Below, piece after piece: positions 37,273 through 46,600 of a stretch of DNA of 64,000 nucleotides (positions are counted from its first letter, which is position 1; every line of letters starts with the position of its first letter). Below the pieces are notes generated by a model. It saw only the letters and a program-made list of their open reading frames with translations, was not told the DNA's origin and did not search any database. Position numbers and translations under genes: made by a program. The DNA is taken from assembly GCA_964036045.1 (NCBI GenBank), contig OZ038378.1, positions 165,664,001 to 165,728,000 on the forward strand. The letters run 5' to 3'. Source of the stretch: Eutreptiella sp. 'Long Island Sound 2002' (Eukaryota > Protista > Euglenida).

Positions 37273-40200
37273 CCATAGAGCAGTGGAAAGTTCAGCAATA
37301 GGTCCCCACCGACAGACCTATGCCCTCAATCAGCAAGTATCACGCGGCGGAGCCGCGGCACACATGGTCCCATCTGTCCAGCGAAGCGCCACAGCCCTTC
37401 CTCGGATACGGCGCCGGAGGCGCCGCCACAGTTCTTCTGAATAGGTCAGGTCGCCCTCCCTACCCTCAGCAGGAACTGGGTTGAGCTGTCTGGTGCCTCC
37501 GAGCTGAAAATAAAACCACCCCCCGTGTCGACCACTATGATGAACCCCCAGCGGCCTGTCCGCCGGGTTTCGAACCCACGACCCATGCCGTGGGAGACAG
37601 GCGTGTTTCCAATATGCTACTGTCCGATGTGCTGTGTACCGGCCGTTTCAACCACCAAGTCATTCCCCCCCCTGGAGCCCCACGGCTGACGCTGCGGTTT
37701 GCACTTAGCGTAGACCTTCAAAACCCAAATCGACCGTGGAGGTCGACCCCCGGCAGCGTGTCCGCCGCCTTTGCCACCAAACGTGGCACGTCGTGGGAGC
37801 CACGCGCGTTTCTGGTATGCTCCTCCCCTATTACATGTCACCGTCCAACGGGATTTGTACCGACCGTAGGAACCACCGGGTCTCTCCCCCCCCCCCCGCC
37901 GACCCCAGCGGTTGCTGCTGCGGTGTGCACTTAGTGGAGACCTTCAAGGCTCAAATGCCCGGCTGTGTGTCCGCCGCCTTCGCCACCGACCGTGGCTTGG
38001 GAGCCGCGCGTGTTTCTGGTATGCTCCTCCCACGTTGTTGCCCCGTGCTCCAGAGGCGCCACTGGCGCCCCTCCGCCTCAGGACTCGATCCCCCCCCGCC
38101 GCCTCTTCCTGCTCTCACTCACGTCCGTACTGAACCCATCAATGTCACTGTCCCACGTCCCCTGCAACCGCGTGTCATTGACATCGGTACTAAATGACAC
38201 GTCTTCGGAACTCTACAGAAAAACGTCTTCGTCGCCCGACGTCAATGACGCGGCCGAACTGCCGCTTGACGTCCCCCCAGAGTCCACCTCTGACCCCAGG
38301 TCCCGGTCGGACACTTCTGCCATGGGTTCCAGCCCCAACGCATCCCACTCCGTGACTCGGCGTCGTTTGGACAGGGGCAGCAGGTTATAGGGGTGCAGTT
38401 CCCGGCCCTGCCCCGCTAGTTCATCGGCTGCCTCATTACCGGCCACCCCGAGGTGCGATGGCACCCAGCGGACCTGTAACTTGTCCCCCGCCTCCCCGCG
38501 AAGCCAATCAATGTGCTCCCACAAGTCCCTATGCCCTACCTCCCCTGACGAAGTGCGCCACCCGTGCCTCTTCCACTTGTCTGTCCACACTGTGATAGCC
38601 TTAAAAATATATTCGGAATCCACCACCACCACCACCATCCGCTCCCCCGCCTCCCGACTGAGCATCGCATGTAGCACCCCTCGCAACTCCCCCCTACTGA
38701 TACTCTGTCGCTCATGAGGTGGCACGTGCGCCCGAAGATTACGACTACCGTTGTCCCCGAACCAGACCCCATACCCCGCTTGCATCCAACCCCGGACGCA
38801 TTTCGCCGAACCATCCGTGTACACTACCACCCACCCCTCACCCGACATTCTCTCCAGCTTCGCCAACAAAGATCGTTTGTGGCTACCCCACTTTTCCTCC
38901 TTTAACTTCAGCGGGTCTGGTCGCGCTGACGGCAGCTTGGCCGTCGTGGGCAAAAGGGTCCGTCGCTTCGCCCACTGCAACGACCAATTATCCATCGGGG
39001 GGGTCGCCGGGACCGCAAAATTGGGTTCGTACATCCCCACCACCCTCAAAGCCGATTCCTCATAGATGGCACGCCATGTGGGGGCCACCGTGCCTAACAG
39101 CTGGGGTGGTATCTTGGACCCCGAGATGAGGTCACACCAGCGCAGCACCCCCCTCAGGTGCAGTGCCGGGCAGTAGTAGGTCAACCAAACCTTATTACGA
39201 AAAAACACGCAGTGCCAAACGCCCAAGGACCACAATTCATGCAGGGTGCGCGCCCGCGCCAGCATTTTTGCGACCACGGGTGCGTATGCACCAGCCGTTG
39301 TCACATTACCCAACTGGATGCCCAGGTACTTGAGATGTTCCTTCACCGTCAACCCCGCCAACGTGGCCGGCCGTGGGGCATCCGGGTCCGAACACTTGAC
39401 TACCGCATATGTTTTCGAAAAATTGACCCTCAGGCCAGAGAAATACCCGAACACGTGCAACACATACAAAACCGCCCTCAGATCGGCCACGTGTTGCGGC
39501 CCCCGCCCCGGCAGCGCCAACAAAATATCATCCGCGTATAGCAACACCACCACGGTAACATGCAACCGTTTGAAATCAAAAATAAGCAGGACCGTTATCT
39601 GGTCAAAAAGCAAGGGGGATAGCGGGTCCCCCTGTCGGATGCCTGAGCGTGGGCTCAGCTCCACATCGGCCACAAAGCCCCTCCCCACACAAAATAAAAC
39701 GGGCCCCGCCGACACCGACATCAACAAGCCAACGTACGCCAGGGGCAACCCCAAGTGGATCAGGGTGACTCGCAACAAAGTGAAGGTTACCGAGTCATAG
39801 GCTTTCTGAAAATCTACCGCCACCATGATCTGGTCTGGCAGCCGCTCCCACTCTGCCCTGGCGTAGATTATATGATCCAACATCTGCCGCCCCGGCACGA
39901 AGCCCTTCTGACAGGGGGGGATCACCTGTGGCCACACGTCCGAGAGCTGTAACATCACCGTTGTGGTCACCCACTTCAGGCATACCTGCTGGAGGGCAAT
40001 GGGTCTCATATCTTTGGGCTGCTCCGCCCCACAAAACTCAGGCAGGCACCGCATCAGGGAGACCGACCACTCCGCCGGCACCCCCCCCACCCTGAGGAAC
40101 TCCTGCATGGCTGACAACAACCACGGGGCAAAAACAGACGGAAACGCCTGGTATAGCTCCGTTGGTATACCATCCTTACCCGGTGCCGATCCCCCTTTTA

Positions 40201-40701
40201 GCCGCTCGAGCGCTGCCAATACCACGTCCAGCGACAGTGGCTTCATAAGCAAAGGCAACGCCTGCAGGATCTTCGGGGGAATGGGAAGGGACCTTACATA
40301 CCGCCAACACTCCTCTTCGGTTACCGCGTTCCCCGCCATGACCCCCGGCCAATAGTCCCGCATAGCCTGTGTGATCGCCCGCACCCCGGTGTGTACCCCC
40401 CCCTGCGAGTCCCGAACTCGTGCCACGTGTTGTCGCTCTCGCAACTGCCGTACCAAGTTGTGGATGGTCCGTCGCCGGTTTGCCTGACCTTGGACTCGCA
40501 CCTCCCGCGGCTGTAACTGCCGCTTTAGCCTATCACACATATCCGATTTGAACATGGCCTCGCGCTGGTTCGCCAGCAGGGATACCAACAGCCCGTACCC
40601 CTCCCCCACTGTTCTCGGCGAATATCCCAGCTCCTCTAGGTAGTCCAGTGCCCCCACCGCTAGTTTTACCGGGGTGCTCTCGCGTACCAGGCTATGCAGT
40701 T
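37273..40701 (-). mobile_element. Non-LTR retrotransposon copy A (L1/Tx1-like), 5'-truncated, with internal in-frame deletions
   Basis: Flanked by CCTACTGTAGCTTGG on both sides; carries RT + RNase H ORF; 3' UTR homologous to copy B; no poly(A). Confidence 0.92.
38213..40657 (-). CDS. Non-LTR reverse transcriptase + RNase H1 (partial ORF2, copy A)
   Basis: APGKDGIP, RPIAL, QKGFVPGR, DFQKAYDSV, GIRQGDPLSPLLF, YADD, YLG. RNase H motifs YTDGSA, RGELRG, VDSEY, WVPSH, GNEAADELA. Confidence 0.93.
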   Translation of the reverse strand: MGALDYLEELGYSPRTVGEGYGLLVSLLANQREAMFKSDMCDRLKRQLQPREVRVQGQANRRRTIHNLVRQLRERQHVARVRDSQGGVHTGVRAITQAMRDYWPGVMAGNAVTEEECWRYVRSLPIPPKILQALPLLMKPLSLDVVLAALERLKGGSAPGKDGIPTELYQAFPSVFAPWLLSAMQEFLRVGGVPAEWSVSLMRCLPEFCGAEQPKDMRPIALQQVCLKWVTTTVMLQLSDVWPQVIPPCQKGFVPGRQMLDHIIYARAEWERLPDQIMVAVDFQKAYDSVTFTLLRVTLIHLGLPLAYVGLLMSVSAGPVLFCVGRGFVADVELSPRSGIRQGDPLSPLLFDQITVLLIFDFKRLHVTVVVLLYADDILLALPGRGPQHVADLRAVLYVLHVFGYFSGLRVNFSKTYAVVKCSDPDAPRPATLAGLTVKEHLKYLGIQLGNVTTAGAYAPVVAKMLARARTLHELWSLGVWHCVFFRNKVWLTYYCPALHLRGVLRWCDLISGSKIPPQLLGTVAPTWRAIYEESALRVVGMYEPNFAVPATPPMDNWSLQWAKRRTLLPTTAKLPSARPDPLKLKEEKWGSHKRSLLAKLERMSGEGWVVVYTDGSAKCVRGWMQAGYGVWFGDNGSRNLRAHVPPHERQSISRGELRGVLHAMLSREAGERMVVVVVDSEYIFKAITVWTDKWKRHGWRTSSGEVGHRDLWEHIDWLRGEAGDKLQVRWVPSHLGVAGNEAADELAGQGRELHPYNLLPLSKRRRVTEWDALGLEPMAEVSDRDLGSEVDSGGTSSGSSAASLTSGDEDVFL

Positions 40702-41009
40702 CCTACTGTAGCTTGGCCATATAACAGTGGAAAGTTCAGCAATAGGTCCCCACCGACAGACCTATGCCCTCAATCAGCAAGTATCACGCGGCGGAGCCGC
40801 GGCAAACATTGTCCCATCTGTCCAGCGAAGCGCCACAGCTCTCCTTCGGATACGGCGCCGGAGGCGCCGCCACAGTTCTTCTGAATAGGTCAGGTCGCCC
40901 TCCCTACCCTCAGCAGGAGCTGGGTTGAGCAGACAGGTACCTCCGAGACGAAAATAAAACCACCCCCCGTGTCGACCACTATGATGAACCCCCAGCGACC
41001 TGTCCGCCG

Positions 41010-41063
41010 GGTTTCGAACCCACGACCCATGACGTGGGAGACAAGCGTGTTTCCGATATGCTA
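41010..41063 (-). promoter_or_regulatory. tRNA-type (Pol III type 2) A-box/B-box pair in the LINE 3' UTR; also in copy A at 37566-37619
   Basis: TAGCATATCGG (41053-41063) and GGTTCGAAACC (41010-41020). The T8-to-T54 equivalents are 45 nt apart, against ~46 in a canonical tRNA. Confidence 0.6.
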
Positions 41064-41297
41064 CTGTCCGATGTGCTGTGTACCGGCCGCGGAAACCACC
41101 AGGTCTCTCCCCCCCCCACCGGCGCCAGCGGTTGCTGCTGCGGTGTGCACTTAGTGCAGACCTCCAAGGCGGAAATGCCCGGTGGCGTGCCCGTCGACCT
41201 CGCCACCGACCGTGGCTTGGGAGTCACGCGTGTTTCTGGTATGCTCCTCCCCCGTTGTTGCCCCGTGCTCCAGAGGCGCCACTGGCGCCCCTCCGCC

Positions 41298-43022
41298 TCA
41301 GGACTCGATCCCCCCCCGCCGCCTCTTCCTGCTCTCACTCACGTCCGTACTGAACCCATCAATGTCACTGTCCCACGTCCCCCGCAACCGCGTGTCACTG
41401 ACATCCGTACTGAATGACATGTCTTCCGAGCTGGACAGAAAAACGTCTTCGTCGTCCGACGTTGACGATGTGGTCGAACTGCCGCTTGACATCCCCCCAG
41501 AGTCCACCTCTGACCCCAGGTCCCGGTCGGACACTTCTGCCATGGGCTCCAGCCCCAATGCATCCCACTCCGTGACTCGGCGTCGTTTGGACAGGGGCAG
41601 CAGGTTATAGGGGTGCAGTTCCCGGCCCTGCCCTGCTAGTTCATCGGCTGCCTCATTACCGGCCACCCCGAGGTGCGATGGCACCCAGCGGACCTGTAAC
41701 TTGTCCCCCGCCTCCCCGCGAAGCCAATCAATGTGCTCCCACAAGTCTCTGTGCCCCACCTCCCCTGACGAAGTGCGCCACCCGTGCCTCTTCCACTTGT
41801 CCGTCCACACAGTGATAGCCTTAAAAATGTATTCGGAATCCACCACCACCACCATCCGCTCCCCCGCCTCCCGACTGAGCATCGCATGTAGCACCCCTCG
41901 CAACTCCCCCCTGCTGATACTCTGTCGCTCATGAGCTGGCACGTGTGCCCGAAGATTACGACTACCGTTGTCCCCGAACCAGACCCCGTACCCTGCTTGC
42001 ATCCAACCCCGGACGCGTTTCGCCGAGCCATCCGTATACACTACCACCCACCCCTCACCCGACATTCTCTCCAGCTTCGCCAACAAAGATCGTTTGTGGC
42101 TACCCCACTTTTCCTCCTTTAACTTCAGCGGGTCTGGTCGCGCTGACGGCAGCTTGGCCGTCGTGGGGGCTTGGGGCGCCCTGTGGAACATCGTCTTATG
42201 GTCCGCCCAGCTGTGGAGCTGTGCTATCAAATGGCGCAGATCGACTCGACTGCACGACATGTTGCGCTCCCCCCTCCAGATTTCCAACACACCCACCCAA
42301 ACAGCTACAAACTCCTCCAACGAAACCTGCCGACGCTGATACTTTACCTCGCACCGCAGCTTCCACTGCGCACGCAGGCCCGCCCACAAAACGAGGCCCT
42401 GCGTTGTCTGCAGCGATAGCAGAGGTTCCTCCAGCAGAAGCCTGCTGGGCTCCACTGCTCCCCCCCCCCCCTGCGCCAGGCCAAACGCCTTTCTCACCGT
42501 ATCAAACATAAATGCCGAGAAGTAGCATCGCTTCAGCGTGTGCGCGTGGTCCTCCACCCGCCCGCACTGTGGACACAGTTTGCCCCCCAGCCGCTCCATG
42601 CGAGCACCAACTGGCAGCTTACGCCACAGAACCCTCCGTATAAAATCCAAATCCCATTTGGGGAGGTGTAGGCACCCAAACACACGCCAAACTTCCTTAG
42701 GCTGACGGGCCTCGTGGCGCGTGCGCTGCTGCATGGCCAAAAGGGTCCGTCGCTTCGCCCACTGCAACGACCAATTATCCATCGGGGGGGTCGCCGGGAC
42801 CGCAAAATTGGGTTCGTACATCCCCACCACCCTCAAAGCCGATTCCTCATAGATGGCACGCCATGTGGGGGCCACCGTGCCTAACAGCTGGGGTGGTATC
42901 TTGGACCCCGAGATGAGGTCACACCAGCGCAGCACCCCCCTCAGGTGCAGTGCCGGGCAGTAGTAGGTCAACCAAACCTTATTACGAAAAAACACGCAGT
43001 GCCAAACGCCCAAGGACCACAA
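41298..43022 (-). CDS. C-terminal ORF2 of copy B: CCHC zinc knuckle, RNase H1, acidic tail
   Basis: CPQCGRVEDHAHTLKRC (CX2CX7HX4C), then the full RNase H motif set and a D/S/E-rich tail. Confidence 0.9.
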   Translation of the reverse strand: MWSLGVWHCVFFRNKVWLTYYCPALHLRGVLRWCDLISGSKIPPQLLGTVAPTWRAIYEESALRVVGMYEPNFAVPATPPMDNWSLQWAKRRTLLAMQQRTRHEARQPKEVWRVFGCLHLPKWDLDFIRRVLWRKLPVGARMERLGGKLCPQCGRVEDHAHTLKRCYFSAFMFDTVRKAFGLAQGGGGAVEPSRLLLEEPLLSLQTTQGLVLWAGLRAQWKLRCEVKYQRRQVSLEEFVAVWVGVLEIWRGERNMSCSRVDLRHLIAQLHSWADHKTMFHRAPQAPTTAKLPSARPDPLKLKEEKWGSHKRSLLAKLERMSGEGWVVVYTDGSAKRVRGWMQAGYGVWFGDNGSRNLRAHVPAHERQSISRGELRGVLHAMLSREAGERMVVVVDSEYIFKAITVWTDKWKRHGWRTSSGEVGHRDLWEHIDWLRGEAGDKLQVRWVPSHLGVAGNEAADELAGQGRELHPYNLLPLSKRRRVTEWDALGLEPMAEVSDRDLGSEVDSGGMSSGSSTTSSTSDDEDVFLSSSEDMSFSTDVSDTRLRGTWDSDIDGFSTDVSESRKRRRGGIES

Positions 43023-43299
43023 TTCATGCAGGGGGGGGGGAGCCGGTGCCCCCCCCCCCCCCCCGCCGAACCACCGAGTACGCCTTCACTGTACCCTGCA
43101 AAAAGGTAGGCTTGGGCAGATAGGCTTGGCTGGCTAGCTGCAGATAGGGAAGAAACGCCGGTTCCAGCACCAACCCCACGCGGTCGGCCCACCCCTGGAA
43201 CGGCCGCGCATGTTGTTCTGCCAACGACGCCTACTGTAGCTTGGACAAGGGCGTGGCTATTACAGGGGGGGGGGGCGTAGCAAGGAGCGTATGGCCCGC

Positions 43300-43620
43300 T
43301 GTGCCGCGTGCACCCAGGCACTGACGTTCTGCCCCCCCCCCCCCCCCCGGTGGAACGCTTCTGCCAGGGCCCTCCTTCAAGAGGTCCGCCGTGCCCCTCC
43401 CGTGCTGGAGCGTTGCCACGGCCGCTGGCAGCAGCCACTGCCAGTTGACGTCCCCTGGCTGCAAGGTTGGGGACACCAGCGCCAGGAGGGACTCCTCTGT
43501 GGTCCAGGTCCAGAAGGCGCAAAGGAAGTGCACATTGCCCGCGAGAAGCAGCTGCTCCCACTCTGGCTGGAGGGGGGGGCATCCACCCGTTCTGCTGAAT
43601 CAGAACCTCGGCACACCGTC
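43300..43620 (-). pseudogene. Unidentified coding-like fragment next to the LINE target
   Basis: Open GC3-rich frame EWEQLLLAGNVHFLCAFWTWTTEESLLALVSPTLQPG. No recognisable motif. Confidence 0.3.
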
Positions 43621-46600
43621 AAGCTTAGGTGTGTTTGTGTGTGCGTGTGTGTGTGTGTGTGTGTTTGGATGGTGGATGGGGATATTACTCTTTTTACAAA
43701 GTATGCACAGATGAACAGCCATGCACTGAGATCATTGGCTTGGGGTTGTAGCCTCTGATTGGTACTAGCCTAATGGGCCACAGTGGCTGTCTCCATGAGA
43801 TCCTCCTGCCCCAGGCAAGGTTGTGCAAGGGCGGAATTATCAGATACCCTCCCCCCCCTCCTGAATAGATCCCCCTGGGCGTGATGGTATCCCCTGGGGG
43901 GGCATTGCACCACACATTCACTACACATTGGTTGAAGCAAATGTCACTTTCGTGTCAGTGCCCTTTCCACAGGCACTGTGTGAAACTTCTTTTTACAAGA
44001 CCAAACAACCTTGATTTCTTGGACACACTCAGTGGGCAATTCGGGTATGCGTTTAGGGTTGGATGATGAACCAGAAGGGGACTGTGCAGCCTGCTTTGCA
44101 CCCCTTTAGGTAGTTGGCTTGGCCGGCTTACGCTTTGTGGGCACCCTTGCTGCAACAGTGGTACCAAACATAATCGTCTTGAGCATACATTTGTTTTTGA
44201 ATGGCAAAACGACAGACACAGATATGCACAACATGACCAATCTCAGGAGAGGAGATTACAGAATGTTGCAACCATGGATTGTTGAATTCCTGAAGAAAAA
44301 AAGGTCAAAGTGACGGTGCACCCCCCCCCCCTTCAGCTGGGGAGGGGGTGATTATGCAAAGGGGGCAAGGGTACCTCAGAGAGCCGCATCCAGGTGAACA
44401 GGGACGGAAATAAAGTGAAGATCATGGGAAGAACTGCCAGGATGTACCAAAAGTGGATGCGGAACACCATTGTTGCTGATCCGCAGACACACCACAGCCC
44501 CGTGATGCTCGGGCAGGGTTCAGGGACGTTGTGCGTGAGCCAGTCTGCAAACCCAACCTCAATGAGCAAAGCGGGGCGGCTCCAACATATCAACACAAAT
44601 CAGAGGTATCAGAGCAGATGCATCATGCCTGAAGTGCAAGAGGAGCGCGTACTGGACACACTGTTCGCTGGGAAGGAATGCATACTATAAAGCGGCTATG
44701 TATGGTCAGGGAAGTATTGGAAGAGAGGGGGAGGGTTCAGGGGGGGGGGGGGGTTCCTCTTACGTTGTACGGCCGTTCTAATACATCCCCGGGGGGGCGA
44801 CTACAAGTGGTCCTGATGCGACCCCCCCCCCCGCTATCTGTCAAAACTTGCCCGGGGGGGGGGGGGGGTTGGCGGGAGGGTGGGTGGGGGGGGGGGGGTA
44901 TTGGCAGCTCAGCCGGGGGTGGGGGCCTGCGCGCAACCACTACTGCCACATGCATACCTCAAAGGGGTGTGTGTGTCTGGGGGCATGGGGGTATAGAGGT
45001 ATGTATGCGAAAATGGCGGTTTCTCGTCTTTGCCAGGAAGAAAGTCTTAAGGATCTTCAGGACTAAAGGCACAGTACCCCTCTCAACTAAGCATGGGACA
45101 AAAAATTTGGCACCGCTATCTTTCAAAACTCGGGGGGGGGGGGGGGGGGAAGGGCTGGGGGGTGTCGCATACAAGGACCGGGCCCGGCCGCCCCCCCGGG
45201 AATACATCCCCGTGCATGGTTCAGTGTTTGAAGTGGCCCTTACCATGCTTCAGGAGCTGGTGTCTGTCCAGTGACCCACCTGAACTGTCGCCACCTGAGC
45301 TTAGGTCACATCAGTGCTTGCTCTCCACACTTGCCAGTGGTGACCGATGGGGTTGTCCTCCTTTGCCATGGGCAGTGCGCACGATGCGATGGGTGCGCTC
45401 CTGAGTCATTGGTTTTCCCTCCCCCCTCCTCTTTCTGGTGGAATGGACATACTATGAGCAACTGCTTGCAATGGCAAGCATCTGCAAGCGCCAAAGGTTG
45501 TCCGGGCAAGCAATGACCTTGGCATTTGGGTTGTCCACCATGATGGTGCACATCCAATTTATCCTCGGGGTGCACTAAGCACATGGGTAGCTCCGTAAAG
45601 CCCCCAAACAGAAGCACCGGAAAAATATTCCTTTTTGCAGAAACGTGAGCACGACACTGGCTTTGGCCTATACGACACAAAAAGGCTGCCACCGAAAATT
45701 TTACAGCACCAGCAGCGCAAACCCTTGGATATTACACCTGATTTCCTGATGGATCGCTACTCCAGGTCATTGAAAAAAGCACAAGTCGAATGGTACTTTA
45801 CTCAAAATTTGCAGGATTCTGGACCTTGTGAAGAACGGCACAAAATCCAATTCACCAGAAATGGGCAAAATGCTAGGAAGTTCCCTTCAAATAAAAGGAT
45901 GCAAGGCAAGTATTTGCAGTAAGCAACTGCTTGTTTCACTTGACAAAGATGTACAATTGGAAAATGCAATGAAAATACATGATTGAACCTCCGAAAAATA
46001 GTGTTTTGCCTCCCCATAGCTCCAGGCACACCTTTTGGAATACTGCATACAATTTTAGGGTATTTGGTGCGATTTTTGCAGCAACTGTTAAATTGAAGAC
46101 TTCTCAAAGCATGGACTTTTGGCAGGAGGCAGAGATAGACGGAGGGAGAGGGGTGTGCATGGTCCATTCTTGCTACCCAAGTATGCCAAATTCGGTCACC
46201 CATCATCTGAATTAAGACAGCACTGACCTTACCTGGAATTCAGCACAAAAATGCTGATCAAAACCCCTGAAACCCCTGCTCTTTCAAGTAACATCTACAA
46301 ATTTGCCCTTTGTGCAATGCCTCAGTTTGGGTTGCTGTGCCCTCACAACTATGCAGCACCCTTCAACTGTTTTATGATTGATTACCCAGGGGGATCACGG
46401 CACCACTGCCGTAAAATGTGAGGGGGTAGTTCAAACAAGGGTGTACAGGTGGTAAGCAGTATCCCCCAAAAAAATCTTGGGGTTGCATGTTTGCAGGTTT
46501 GGGGGTGCATATTTGAGTTCCTCCACACAACACCTCCCCTACCTGCTTGTTTTATTTGTCAGCCCCTGTCACAGATGATGTTGACTGTATAATATCATGA

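Larger units (their letters stand above)
40717..43226 (-). mobile_element. Non-LTR retrotransposon copy B, 5'-truncated downstream of RT; keeps CCHC knuckle and RNase H
   Basis: Near-identical to copy A where they overlap, and bounded by TSD copies at 40702-40716 and 43227-43244. Confidence 0.92.
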
